Positions 1 to 9,369 of a stretch of DNA of 64,000 nucleotides are shown piece after piece. Within the stretch, counting starts at the first letter, position 1; every line of letters begins with the position of its first letter. The notes beneath the pieces are model-generated. The model searched no databases. It worked only from the letters and a program-made list of their open reading frames with translations, and was not told the origin of the DNA. This DNA is from an uncultured Bdellovibrionales bacterium (GTDB lineage: Bacteria > Pseudomonadota > Alphaproteobacteria > Micavibrionales > SZUA-601). The stretch spans positions 5,806 to 69,805 of the forward strand of contig CAZBXD010000003.1 of the NCBI GenBank assembly GCA_964496065.1, read 5' to 3'. A program made the translations under genes and the position numbers.

Positions 1-54
1 GCAAAATTTTAACAAATTTTGTATAGGTGGTATTAACCGCCATAATCAGGCCTC

Positions 55-1056
55 TTAAGCAACCCCGGCACGCATAATATCATGCAGGCGTAAAATACCA
101 ACGGGTTTTGTCCCTTCAACAACCATAAGATCGGTGATACTGCTTTGGTTCATAATCGCCAAAGCTTCCGCCGCTAAAAGATCCGGGGTGACGGATTTTG
201 GATTGGCGTTCATCACATCTTTGACCGGCTTATCAAGGAGGTCATCGCCCATATGACGGCGTAGATCGCCATCACTGACAAAGCCGACCAGGTCGCCCGT
301 ACTGTTAATGACACCTGTGCGCCCAAAGTTTTTCGACGACATGACAAGGAGCGCGTCTTTCATTGGCGCGGTTTCTTCAATTAAAGGCAACGCGTCCCCA
401 CCATGCATGATGTCCGAGACTTTCAGCAACATTTGTCCCAGTTTGCCACCGGGATGGAAGACTTTAAAATCCGTATTTTTCCAGCCTTTACGTTTCATGA
501 GTGCCACGGCTAAAGCGTCGCCTAAGGCAATCATCATTGTGGTTGAGGTTGTGGGAGCTTGTCCATTGGGGCAGGCTTCTGGGGTATTGGGAAGAATAAG
601 AAGAATATTAGATTGCTGCCCTAAGGTTGATTTCTCTTTCGAAGTAATACCAATCAGAGGAATAGAAAAACGTTTGCAATAAGCAAGAACGTCGCTGAGT
701 TCTTTTGTTTCGCCACTGTTCGACAGGGCAATGACAATATCCTCATCCGTGACCATACCCAGATCGCCATGGCTGGCTTCACCCGGATGAACAAAGAAAG
801 ATGGCGAGCCGGTTGAGGCCAAGGTTGCCGAGATTTTTCGCGCGACATGACCGGATTTTCCCATGCCTGTGACGATCACCCGACCGGTACAGGTTTTAAG
901 AAGTTCAACAGCCTGGGAGAAAGACTCATTAAGGCCAGTGCTTAACTTTTTCAGACCCTCAATTTCAATCTCAAGGGTTTTTTGCCCTTCGGTAATATCT
1001 TGGTCAATTTGCTTCGTATTATTTGTCTCAAGCGCTTGCTTTAAAACAGCATTCAT
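55..1056 (-). CDS. kdsD: Arabinose-5-phosphate isomerase, KpsF/GutQ family (SIS domain plus tandem CBS domains)
   Basis: 333-aa ORF; SIS motifs VTGMGKSGHVARKISATLASTG and HPGEASHGDLGM; C-terminal CBS pair. Confidence 0.85.
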   Translation of the reverse strand: MNAVLKQALETNNTKQIDQDITEGQKTLEIEIEGLKKLSTGLNESFSQAVELLKTCTGRVIVTGMGKSGHVARKISATLASTGSPSFFVHPGEASHGDLGMVTDEDIVIALSNSGETKELSDVLAYCKRFSIPLIGITSKEKSTLGQQSNILLILPNTPEACPNGQAPTTSTTMMIALGDALAVALMKRKGWKNTDFKVFHPGGKLGQMLLKVSDIMHGGDALPLIEETAPMKDALLVMSSKNFGRTGVINSTGDLVGFVSDGDLRRHMGDDLLDKPVKDVMNANPKSVTPDLLAAEALAIMNQSSITDLMVVEGTKPVGILRLHDIMRAGVA

Positions 1057-1133
1057 TTTTCATATCCATTTTTTTAAATAGGTTCCCTGAAATAGCACGA
1101 AACCCTGAAAAAAGCGAGGAAAATCTTAACCAC

Positions 1134-2177
1134 CTAGCTTGTTAAAGCCTCTTTATACTGTGGAAGGAGCGCTTCAAATTCTGCGCGTGTTTCTTCTAGA
1201 CTCTTTAAACTGCTACCACCAGAGGCATTATGGTGTCCGCCTCCGTCATAATGTTTTGCGGCAAAGCGGCTAACAGAAAAGGCGCCTTTCGAACGAAAAG
1301 ACAGCTTAATTTTACTTCCTAAATCTGTCATTTGTACAGCAAATTGAATGTCACCAAGAGAGAGCGCGTAATTAACTAAATCCTCGGTATCATTAATTGT
1401 CGTTTTATAGTCAGCAAAGTCTTTTGGTGAGATATAAAAATAAGCAGTGTTATATTCTTTGATAATAACCAAGCGTTGTGAGAGTACAAAACCAAGGAAC
1501 TGTAGACCGTTTACCGTATTGTTATCATAAATATTGCGCGACACAAGAACATTATTTGCGCCGGCTTCAATCAGGGCAGTGGCAGTTTTAAAAACATCAA
1601 TTGTGGTATTAGGATGTTTAAAGCGCCCTGTGTCTGTCATGAGACCTGCATAGAGGCAGTTGGCAATATCTGGTGTAAAGCCGTCTATTCCATCCATTGT
1701 CATGATTAGTTGAAAGATAATTTGCGCTGTAGCAGCGGCGCTTGTATCCCAAAATGTTAAATCCGTCTGTATTTCTGGTCCTTGATGATGGTCAACGAGA
1801 ACTTTTACTGCGCTGCTTTGTTCAAATAGTGGATAAATATTTGGCATTTGCTGTGGCACAGATAGGTCAAGACAAAAAGCAATATCCGCGGTATGAAATA
1901 TAGTTTCCAGCGCTTCTTCTTTGTTTTTTCCGTAGGTAATGACATCATCGTTACCGGGAAGCCAATGCAGATTATGGGGATAGGTTGTTGGAACAACAAC
2001 GGTGACATTGTGCCCTATATTCCTGAGGTAATGCGCCAAGCCAAGGCTTGAGCCCATTGCATCCCCATCCGGTTTGCGATGGGTGGTGATCACAATTTTT
2101 CTAGGCTCTTTGAGGAGCGTTTTTAAAGCGGTTACATCATGTTCGTTCACAGTAAGTATCCTTGTTATTTCAAGCAT
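1134..2177 (-). CDS. nrnA: DHH/DHHA1 phosphoesterase, NrnA-like oligoribonuclease/pAp phosphatase
   Basis: 347-aa ORF; HRKPDGDAMGS, VDHHQG (DHH) and C-terminal GGGHHNASG motifs. Confidence 0.75.
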   Translation of the reverse strand: MLEITRILTVNEHDVTALKTLLKEPRKIVITTHRKPDGDAMGSSLGLAHYLRNIGHNVTVVVPTTYPHNLHWLPGNDDVITYGKNKEEALETIFHTADIAFCLDLSVPQQMPNIYPLFEQSSAVKVLVDHHQGPEIQTDLTFWDTSAAATAQIIFQLIMTMDGIDGFTPDIANCLYAGLMTDTGRFKHPNTTIDVFKTATALIEAGANNVLVSRNIYDNNTVNGLQFLGFVLSQRLVIIKEYNTAYFYISPKDFADYKTTINDTEDLVNYALSLGDIQFAVQMTDLGSKIKLSFRSKGAFSVSRFAAKHYDGGGHHNASGGSSLKSLEETRAEFEALLPQYKEALTS

Positions 2178-2267
2178 AACAGTAGCAAGCAGATAATCGA
2201 ATAAAAACCCCTTAAATTTTGATCATGACCGCTTGTCAAAAAAAACAAAACCCGTCACACTGAGTTT

Positions 2268-3128
2268 ATGACAGAAACAATGGATCATGTTTATATCGCG
2301 GTACCACCGGCGGATTCAGCCTTTGAAGCGCCACTTCTCGTTGACAGTCCCCATAGTGGGACATTTTATCCCAAAGATTTTGATTATTCATGTGCGCATA
2401 ATCTTCTCAAACGCGGTGAGGATCTTTTCGTTGAAGAGCTCTTTGCACAAACGCCTCAATTGGGGGGGTATTTCCTGCATGGGTTGTTTTCGCGCTCCTA
2501 TATTGATCTCAACCGTTCAATAGAAGAGATGGATCTTGAATTATGTGCAGAACATTGGGATCAGCCCACAATAAAATCAGAACGCGTTAAATATGGGATG
2601 GGCATTATCCGTCGCCTTGCCAAGCCTGGTGTTGCGGTGTACAGCCGAAAACTCTTAAACCATGAAATTCGCCGCCGCCTTGACCATTATTACAAACCCT
2701 ATCATTCAAAACTCAGTGAATTATCCAGTCTGATTCATCATAAATTTGGTCTAGTTTTTCATCTGAATGTCCATTCAATGCCTTCCAGAACATTGGAAGG
2801 AGATCGTCACCCTGATTTTGTTATTGGCGACCGTGATGGTGATGCCTCCGCCGCTCTCTATACTAATTTTGTTGCGGAGTTTTTACGTGATCATCGCTTT
2901 CATGTGACAATCAATGATCCGTATAAAGGAGTTGAGATTATCAGAAAATACGGTAATCCGAGACAAAATCGGCATAGTATTCAGATTGAAATTAATAAAG
3001 CGCTGTATATGGATGAAGAAAAATTTGCCAAATCCGGTGATTTTCAAGCACTACAGATTGTAATGAATAATTTAACACAAGCCTGTGCCAGCTTTGCGCG
3101 GGAACAGGCCAATTTATTGGTGGCTTAG
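2268..3128 (+). CDS. N-formylglutamate amidohydrolase family protein
   Basis: 286-aa ORF; DSPHSG, SRSYIDLNR, HLNVHSMPS and FVIGDRDG motifs typical of the FGase family. Confidence 0.65.
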   Translation: MTETMDHVYIAVPPADSAFEAPLLVDSPHSGTFYPKDFDYSCAHNLLKRGEDLFVEELFAQTPQLGGYFLHGLFSRSYIDLNRSIEEMDLELCAEHWDQPTIKSERVKYGMGIIRRLAKPGVAVYSRKLLNHEIRRRLDHYYKPYHSKLSELSSLIHHKFGLVFHLNVHSMPSRTLEGDRHPDFVIGDRDGDASAALYTNFVAEFLRDHRFHVTINDPYKGVEIIRKYGNPRQNRHSIQIEINKALYMDEEKFAKSGDFQALQIVMNNLTQACASFAREQANLLVA

Positions 3129-3808
3129 ATAGAAAGCGTTTGTCCAATTTCTGGTAGGATCAATTTTTTACCCGCCGCATTAAATTTTTTAATCGCTTGG
3201 TCATGATCAATCATAATCGGGGGGAAAGTGTCAAAATGCATGCCGATGATCGTATCACATTGGATAAAATCGGCGGCCTTAGCTGCATCATCCACGCCCA
3301 TGGTGAAATTATCACCCAGGCATAGCATCGCAAAATCGAGGTTAAACTGTTCACCGATGAGTTTCATGTCATAGGTCAGAGCCGTGTCACCGCTGTGGTA
3401 AAAAGCGCCATCGGCATGGGTGATGACAAAACCACCCGGTTGCCCGCCATAGGAGCCATCCGGTAAGCTGGATGTGTGAAAGGCTTGGACATATTTGACC
3501 GTGCCAAAATCAAACTCAAAGGCGCCCCCATGATTCATCGGGTGGACATTTTCAAACCCCTGATTACCGAACCAACTAACAATTTCAAAATTGGAGATAA
3601 TTTTAGCACCGGATTGTTTGGCAATCGCCGCGACATCTAACACATGATCCTGATGGCCATGGGTAATGAGAATATAATCTGGATTAATCGTTGTGATATC
3701 AATATCGCTGGCCAGTTCATTGCCGGTAATAAAGGGATCAAAGAGAAGTTTTTTACCGCCGATATGTACCTCAAAACAGGCATGGCCGTAATAGATTACA
3801 TCGGTCAT
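3125..3808 (-). CDS. UPF0173-type metallo-beta-lactamase-fold hydrolase
   Basis: 227-aa ORF; ITHGHQDH metal-binding motif; size and N-terminus (YYGHACFEV) typical of UPF0173. Confidence 0.75.
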   Translation of the reverse strand: MTDVIYYGHACFEVHIGGKKLLFDPFITGNELASDIDITTINPDYILITHGHQDHVLDVAAIAKQSGAKIISNFEIVSWFGNQGFENVHPMNHGGAFEFDFGTVKYVQAFHTSSLPDGSYGGQPGGFVITHADGAFYHSGDTALTYDMKLIGEQFNLDFAMLCLGDNFTMGVDDAAKAADFIQCDTIIGMHFDTFPPIMIDHDQAIKKFNAAGKKLILPEIGQTLSI

Positions 3809-4044
3809 TGGATGGTGACCGTTTCCATGTCATTGATTTTAACAGTGGCGACTGCACTTTCGTGATTATCAACCGTGGCCAATTTTTTACCATCTGCACC
3901 ATAGATATCATAGCGGGTTTCACCCAGAAGCGGGTCTTCGACCTCGCGCACATAAGCAACCATATCAACACCCAATCCTTCAAAATCAGCCTTGGACAGC
4001 GAGGTTAGGAAATCACGTTTTTCTTTATCAGCGAGTAATGTCAT
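3805..4044 (-). CDS. DUF1150 family protein (small protein usually paired with hsp20 in Alphaproteobacteria)
   Basis: The ORF track extends to 4116, but that extension overlaps the hsp20 3' end. The ATG at 4044 (MTLLADKEK...) starts 4 nt after the hsp20 stop. C-terminal ...YGADGKKLATVDNHESA... resembles DUF1150. Confidence 0.55.
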   Translation of the reverse strand: MTLLADKEKRDFLTSLSKADFEGLGVDMVAYVREVEDPLLGETRYDIYGADGKKLATVDNHESAVATVKINDMETVTIQ

Positions 4045-4048
4045 AGTC

Positions 4049-4522
4049 TTATTTTTCATGGGTTTCCACCGTCGTGTCAATGGCCATTGTTCGTTTTTTA
4101 TCGTCTTTACCGGCATTAATTTTGATCGTTTGAATCGTTTTTTCAGGAATGATACGCGTTAGATCAACATGGAGTAGTCCGTTATCCAAATGTGCCCCTT
4201 TGACTTGGATTTCATCAGAAAGCAAAAAGGCCCGTTGAAACTGGCGTGCCGCAATCCCACGATGCAAGAAAAATCGCTCTTCTTGTGGTTCTTCTTCTTG
4301 AATTTTACCACGAATAACCAGTTGCCGGTCTTCCATTGAAACATCCAAATCATCCATCGAAAACCCGGCGACAGCGAGAGTGATCCGCAGGTTACGTTCG
4401 TTGAGTTGTTCAATATTATACGGGGGATATCCAGAACCGGAAGTTTTGTTCAAACGATCCATCATTTGTTCAAGATGGTCAAAACCGAGCAAAAGCGGGC
4501 TGTCAAAAACTAGGCGAGACAT
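4049..4522 (-). CDS. Small heat-shock protein, Hsp20/alpha-crystallin family
   Basis: 157-aa ORF; alpha-crystallin core (YPPYNIE..., LRITLAVAGF, LLHVDL); GAGGAG Shine-Dalgarno 8 nt upstream of the ATG. Confidence 0.85.
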   Translation of the reverse strand: MSRLVFDSPLLLGFDHLEQMMDRLNKTSGSGYPPYNIEQLNERNLRITLAVAGFSMDDLDVSMEDRQLVIRGKIQEEEPQEERFFLHRGIAARQFQRAFLLSDEIQVKGAHLDNGLLHVDLTRIIPEKTIQTIKINAGKDDKKRTMAIDTTVETHEK

Positions 4523-4530
4523 TGGTCAAT

Positions 4531-4547
4531 CTCCTCAAATGAGCGAG
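4531..4547 (-). promoter_or_regulatory. ROSE-like RNA thermometer hairpin sequestering the hsp20 Shine-Dalgarno
   Basis: The minus strand reads CUCGCUC-AUUU-GAGGAG. The U(C)GCU anti-SD pairs with the SD, leaving one bulged G opposite it, and the hairpin ends 8 nt before the ATG. Confidence 0.45.
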
Positions 4548-4604
4548 TTAAATTTTCCATGGCCCCATTGGGCGCCACAAATACAAGTATACGATAAAAG
4601 GGGA

Positions 4605-5042
4605 TTAAATGCAATCCGCTGTGATGGTTTCCGCACCGTTGGCGTCAACTGTGGATGTAACAGTCAAGTTTCTGCCCAGGAATGCTTTGCAGCGGAAAAC
4701 AGGAAAAGCACGACGGATGACAAATTCAATACTGGGGCCGGCAAAATAAGGCCCGGCCGGACAGATTTCCTGCATTTCATTTTTTTGAATTTTAAATTTA
4801 TGCCGGTTGGACGCTTTGGTGGTCCCCCATTCACTCTCTTTCTCATATTGATCAGAGACAAAATCACCGGTGATCGCATGCTGGGTACGATTACTGACCC
4901 GGATACATTGTTTGCCGGAGGTAGAGTTTGAAATCATAGGTGGGGCAATATCAAAACTGGGGATTTGAAACAAGTCACTTTGCGCCAAGGCCACCATAGG
5001 CAAAAACAAAAGACAAACAATAATTATTGTGAGACCGCGCAT
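4605..5042 (-). CDS. Hypothetical secreted protein (signal peptide, 4 Cys)
   Basis: 145-aa ORF; N-terminal MRGLTIIIVCLLFLPMVALAQS signal-like sequence; no recognisable family. Confidence 0.5.
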   Translation of the reverse strand: MRGLTIIIVCLLFLPMVALAQSDLFQIPSFDIAPPMISNSTSGKQCIRVSNRTQHAITGDFVSDQYEKESEWGTTKASNRHKFKIQKNEMQEICPAGPYFAGPSIEFVIRRAFPVFRCKAFLGRNLTVTSTVDANGAETITADCI

Positions 5043-6113
5043 TTATTTCTCATTCAATCCTATACAATTCAAATCTTCAAAGGCCTGAGTCAGGCGCTTG
5101 ACAAAGGATGTTTCGCCAGCGCGCAGCCAGACCCGTGGGTCATATTTTTTCTTATTTGGAACATCCGCCCCTTCTGGGTTGCCGATCTGACTTTGCAGAT
5201 AATCATGATTGTCTGCCTCATATTGGCGGACACCATCCCAAAAGGCCCATTGCATGTCGGTATCAATATTCATCTTGATTGCTCCATAAGAAAGCGCTTC
5301 ACGAATTTCATCACGCGATGAGCCAGAGCCACCATGAAAGACGAAGTTCAATGGTTTCTCTTCAGTGCCAAAGGTGGATTGGATATGATCTTGAGAGTTT
5401 TTCAAAATAATCGGGCGCAGCTCAACATTGCCAGGTTTATAAACCCCATGAACATTCCCAAAAGCGGCGGCAATCGTGAAATGATCGCCGACTTGTTTGA
5501 GTGCTTTATAGGCCGCGGCAACTTCCTCTGGTTGGGTATAGAGACGGGCACTATCAATATCGGTGTTATCAACGCCATCTTCTTCGCCGCCGGTGACACC
5601 CAGTTCAATTTCAATCATCATGCCGATTTTGTTCATCCGTTCAAAATAGGATTTCGAAATCGCAATATTTTCATCCAAAGGCTCCTCTGATAGATCCAGC
5701 ATGTGGGAGGAATAAAGTGGCCGACCATGTTGTTCAAAATACGCCTCCCCCGCCTCGAGTAATCCATCAATCCAGGGCAGGAGTTTTTTCGCCGCATGAT
5801 CGGTATGCAAGATCACGGGCACGCCATAAGCCTCCGCCATCAGATGAACATGATGGGCGGCAGAGATAGAGCCAGCAATAGCGGCGGCTTGATTGTCGTT
5901 TGACAAGCCTTTGCCGGCATAAAATTGTCCACCACCATTTGACAGTTGAATGATCACCGGGGAGTTAACTGCACGCGCGGTTTCTAAGACACCATTAATT
6001 GTGCTGGTATTGACAACATTAACCGCAGGCAAGGCGGCTTGATATTTTTTTGCGTGATTTAGAAGGTCCCAGGCTTCATCGCCATAAAGAACACCGGTTG
6101 AAAACTGTGTCAT
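5043..6113 (-). CDS. fba: Fructose-bisphosphate aldolase, class II
   Basis: 356-aa ORF; class II aldolase signatures (PVILHTDHA, FVFHGGSGS, IKMNIDTD). Confidence 0.9.
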   Translation of the reverse strand: MTQFSTGVLYGDEAWDLLNHAKKYQAALPAVNVVNTSTINGVLETARAVNSPVIIQLSNGGGQFYAGKGLSNDNQAAAIAGSISAAHHVHLMAEAYGVPVILHTDHAAKKLLPWIDGLLEAGEAYFEQHGRPLYSSHMLDLSEEPLDENIAISKSYFERMNKIGMMIEIELGVTGGEEDGVDNTDIDSARLYTQPEEVAAAYKALKQVGDHFTIAAAFGNVHGVYKPGNVELRPIILKNSQDHIQSTFGTEEKPLNFVFHGGSGSSRDEIREALSYGAIKMNIDTDMQWAFWDGVRQYEADNHDYLQSQIGNPEGADVPNKKKYDPRVWLRAGETSFVKRLTQAFEDLNCIGLNEK

Positions 6114-6506
6114 AAAAAAATCCCCGTGTTAAAAACTGATCTGCATTAAAGGGGAGTGAGGGGATTGTGTCAATTAAGTTGTTATAGCTTTAGTAATTTT
6201 CTGGTTGTAGCGCCAGTCGCAAGATCTTGCCAATCGGTATCATTCCACCACGGATCTTCATTATCGTGTGTGCCAGTTGTATCTGAGTTGTTATCTTTAT
6301 ATTTTTTGAGTATTCTTATTTTTTAATTACAATGTTCATAGCTATTGTCTCGGGGAAACTATTTTCTTGATAAACTGTACTGTTGGTTTTAATAAAATCA
6401 TTGCTGCTGAGTAGCAATAAAATCATTCATCACTGTAGGCCGTTATCAAATTTCATGTTCCTATTCATAACATATTATTAGTCATTCTGTCAAATAAAAA
6501 ATATTT

Positions 6507-8885
6507 TTAATCAACAAGTTCTTTGGTTTTTTTGCCGCCCTTATCTTTTTTCTTGGTCTTTTTAGTTGAGGAAACTTTTTTCAACTCATTAATATCGAAG
6601 ATAAGATTGTCATTTTTTAAACTAATTTGCACCACGCCGCCACGGGTTAATTTCCCAAACAGGAGTTCATCAGCCAGTGGTTTTTTGATATATTCGTTAA
6701 TCACTCGGGTAAGGGGACGGGCGCCCATTGTGCGGTCATAGCCTTTTTTCGCAAGCCATTTCCGTGCTGCTGGCGAGAGGCTAAAGGTGACCCCCTTATC
6801 CTGAAGCTGATCCTCAAGGCGAAGAATAAATTTATCGACAACTTTGCCAATTGTTGCTGGGGTTAGGTTGGTGAAGGGTATCACGGCATCCAAGCGATTA
6901 CGGAATTCTGGTGTGAACATGCGCTTGATCGCTTCTGTGTCGGCATCTTCGTTTTTATCCCGACCAAAGCCGATCGCATCTTTTTCCATTTCTGCCGCGC
7001 CAGCATTGGTGGTCATGATCAAGATGATATTGCGACAATTAATCGACTTACCATTACTGTCAGTAATTTTGCCATTATCCATGATTTGCAGCAGAATATT
7101 GAAAAGATCTGGATGCGCTTTTTCAATTTCATCAAGCAAGACAACCGCATGCGGGGTTTGATCAATTGCATCCGTGAGCAAGCCACCCTGATCAAAACCA
7201 ACATAGCCGGGAGGAGCGCCGATCAGACGCGAGACAGAATGGCGTTCCATATATTCTGACATGTCAAAACGATGCAGTTTTGTCCCCAATGTGGCGGCGA
7301 GTTGGCGCGCAATTTCAGTTTTACCAACCCCAGTTGGTCCGGCAAATAGGTAAGATCCGATCGGTTTTTCTGGATCTCGCAGGCCAGCGCGTGCCATTTT
7401 AATTGCATTGGTTAAGACTTCAATTGCTTGGTCTTGACCATAGACAACGCGGCGCATATCCCGTTCTAGATTTCGCAGGGCTGATTTATCATCTTTACTA
7501 ATCGTCGCGGATGGAATACGAGCAATTTTAGCCACAGCTTGTTCAATGTCCTTAACCGTAATGGTTTTTTTACGCTTGCCTTCATCAATAAGTTTCTGCG
7601 CTGCGCCGACTTCATCGATGACATCGATGGCCTTATCTGGGAGTTTGCGATCATGAATATAACGCGCAGAAAGCTCAACAGCCGTGCGAATGGCCTCCCC
7701 TTTATATTTCACACCATGATGGAGTTCGAAATAGGTTTTCAATCCTTCAAGGATTTGAACTGTATCCTCAACGCTTGGTTCAGGAATATCAACCTTTTGG
7801 AAACGACGCACAAGGGCACGGTCCTTTTCAAAATGATTACGGAATTCTTTATAGGTCGTTGAACCAATACAGCGTAGCTTCCCGCGTGCCAAGGCGGGTT
7901 TGAGAAGGTTGGACGCATCCATTGCGCCACCAGAGGTTGACCCCGCCCCGATAATGGTATGAATCTCATCGATAAAAAGGATGGATTCTTCAACCTGCTC
8001 TAATTCAGTAATAACGGCTTTTAAGCGCTCCTCAAAATCTCCACGGTAGCGGGTGCCAGCAAGTAATCCTCCCATATCAAGGGAGAAAATTGTTGCGCCA
8101 AGGAGAACCTCTGGTACATCCTCATCGACAATCCGTTTGGCAAGACCTTCTGCAATAGCGGTTTTTCCAACCCCGGGATCACCAACATAGAGTGGGTTAT
8201 TTTTTGAGCGCCGACACAGAACTTGAATCGTACGTTCAACAATTTCATGGCGACCAATCAGGACATCAATTTCTCCCGCTTCTGCCTTATGGTTTAGGTT
8301 GATGCAGTAATTTTCAAGCGCATCGCCCGCCCCTTTAGCAGGAGGCGCTTCGTGGTCATCACTATGGTCAGTATTATCAGAAGAGTGGTTTTGCGGGGTA
8401 TGGTGATCGGTTTGATCGGTGCCTTCAATCGGTCTTTCTTCAGAAAATCCAGGCACTTTTGCAATCCCGTGAGAGATAAAGTTAACCGCATCAAACCGGG
8501 TCATGTCTTGCTCTTGTAGGAAAAACACCGCATGACTTTCTCGTTCAGAAAATAAAGCAACCAGAACATTTGCCCCGGTCACTTCGTCTTTACCCGATGA
8601 TTGGACATGAATTGCCGCGCGTTGTAAAACCCGTTGAAAACTTGAAGTTGGTTTGGCGTCATCATCTGATTGGTCAACTAAACTGTTGAGTTCCCCTTCG
8701 ATAAATTCTGCTAATTCTGCGCGGATTTCATTGAGATCAACATCACATGCTTTTAAAACAATTGCTGCGTCATGGTCATCAAGTAATGCCATCAGGAGAT
8801 GTTCCAGGGTTGCAAACTCATGGCGATGATCATTCGCCATGCCAAGGGCGCGGTGCAGTGTTTTTTCTAAAGCCCGAGATAACAT
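6507..8885 (-). CDS. clpA: ATP-dependent Clp protease ATP-binding subunit ClpA
   Basis: 792-aa ORF; two AAA+ modules (GDPGVGKT and GPTGVGKT Walker A); directly downstream of clpS. Confidence 0.95.
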   Translation of the reverse strand: MLSRALEKTLHRALGMANDHRHEFATLEHLLMALLDDHDAAIVLKACDVDLNEIRAELAEFIEGELNSLVDQSDDDAKPTSSFQRVLQRAAIHVQSSGKDEVTGANVLVALFSERESHAVFFLQEQDMTRFDAVNFISHGIAKVPGFSEERPIEGTDQTDHHTPQNHSSDNTDHSDDHEAPPAKGAGDALENYCINLNHKAEAGEIDVLIGRHEIVERTIQVLCRRSKNNPLYVGDPGVGKTAIAEGLAKRIVDEDVPEVLLGATIFSLDMGGLLAGTRYRGDFEERLKAVITELEQVEESILFIDEIHTIIGAGSTSGGAMDASNLLKPALARGKLRCIGSTTYKEFRNHFEKDRALVRRFQKVDIPEPSVEDTVQILEGLKTYFELHHGVKYKGEAIRTAVELSARYIHDRKLPDKAIDVIDEVGAAQKLIDEGKRKKTITVKDIEQAVAKIARIPSATISKDDKSALRNLERDMRRVVYGQDQAIEVLTNAIKMARAGLRDPEKPIGSYLFAGPTGVGKTEIARQLAATLGTKLHRFDMSEYMERHSVSRLIGAPPGYVGFDQGGLLTDAIDQTPHAVVLLDEIEKAHPDLFNILLQIMDNGKITDSNGKSINCRNIILIMTTNAGAAEMEKDAIGFGRDKNEDADTEAIKRMFTPEFRNRLDAVIPFTNLTPATIGKVVDKFILRLEDQLQDKGVTFSLSPAARKWLAKKGYDRTMGARPLTRVINEYIKKPLADELLFGKLTRGGVVQISLKNDNLIFDINELKKVSSTKKTKKKDKGGKKTKELVD

Positions 8886-8896
8886 CCCTTATCCTC

Positions 8897-9271
8897 TTAA
8901 TTCTTTTCCATGGTACATTGTAGTGGGTGCTCATTTTTGCGTGCCATGGCCATCACTTGATCCACTTTGGTTTCGGCAACTTCATAAGTGTAAATTCCGG
9001 CAATTCCAACTCCAGTTTTGTGGATTGTCATCATAATATCGGTTGCATCTTGGCGAGAGCGTTTAAAGACTCGCTCTAAAACATAAATCACAAATTCCAT
9101 TGGTGTGAAATCATCATTGAGGAGCATCACTTTATACATGGCTGGTTTTTTGGTTTTTGGCCGTACTTTAACGGCCAAGCCATCCTCAAATGCCGCATTA
9201 TTATCAACGGGACGGGCTTGCAAGCGCACACCATCTTTATGCCGGCGGATAATATTGGGTGAATCGGTCAT
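8897..9271 (-). CDS. clpS: ATP-dependent Clp protease adaptor ClpS
   Basis: Conserved core [16 protein letters not shown]. Start set at the ATG at 9271, preceded by AGAGGAG 5 nt upstream; the ORF track extends to 9310. Confidence 0.85.
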   Translation of the reverse strand: MTDSPNIIRRHKDGVRLQARPVDNNAAFEDGLAVKVRPKTKKPAMYKVMLLNDDFTPMEFVIYVLERVFKRSRQDATDIMMTIHKTGVGIAGIYTYEVAETKVDQVMAMARKNEHPLQCTMEKN

Positions 9272-9369
9272 AAAAACTCCTCTATGCTTATCATCTAAGC
9301 GTGATTGCATAAAAAAACCGTTAATATGTTAGGTTTACGGAGATTTTGTCTAGCAGCTGAATTAAAGAA

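Noticed and set aside
3805-4116. The 103-aa version of the DUF1150 ORF
   Set aside because: Its first 24 codons overlap the hsp20 3' end in another frame and look like translated noise. The ATG at 4044 follows the hsp20 stop by 4 nt.
6391-6427. 12-nt direct repeat AATAAAATCATT twice, flanking GCTgctgagtAGC, in the 393-bp fba-clpA spacer. It could be an sRNA or a binding site.
   Set aside because: It is short and AT-rich in an AT-rich spacer, so chance occurrence is plausible, and there are no supporting promoter or terminator signals.
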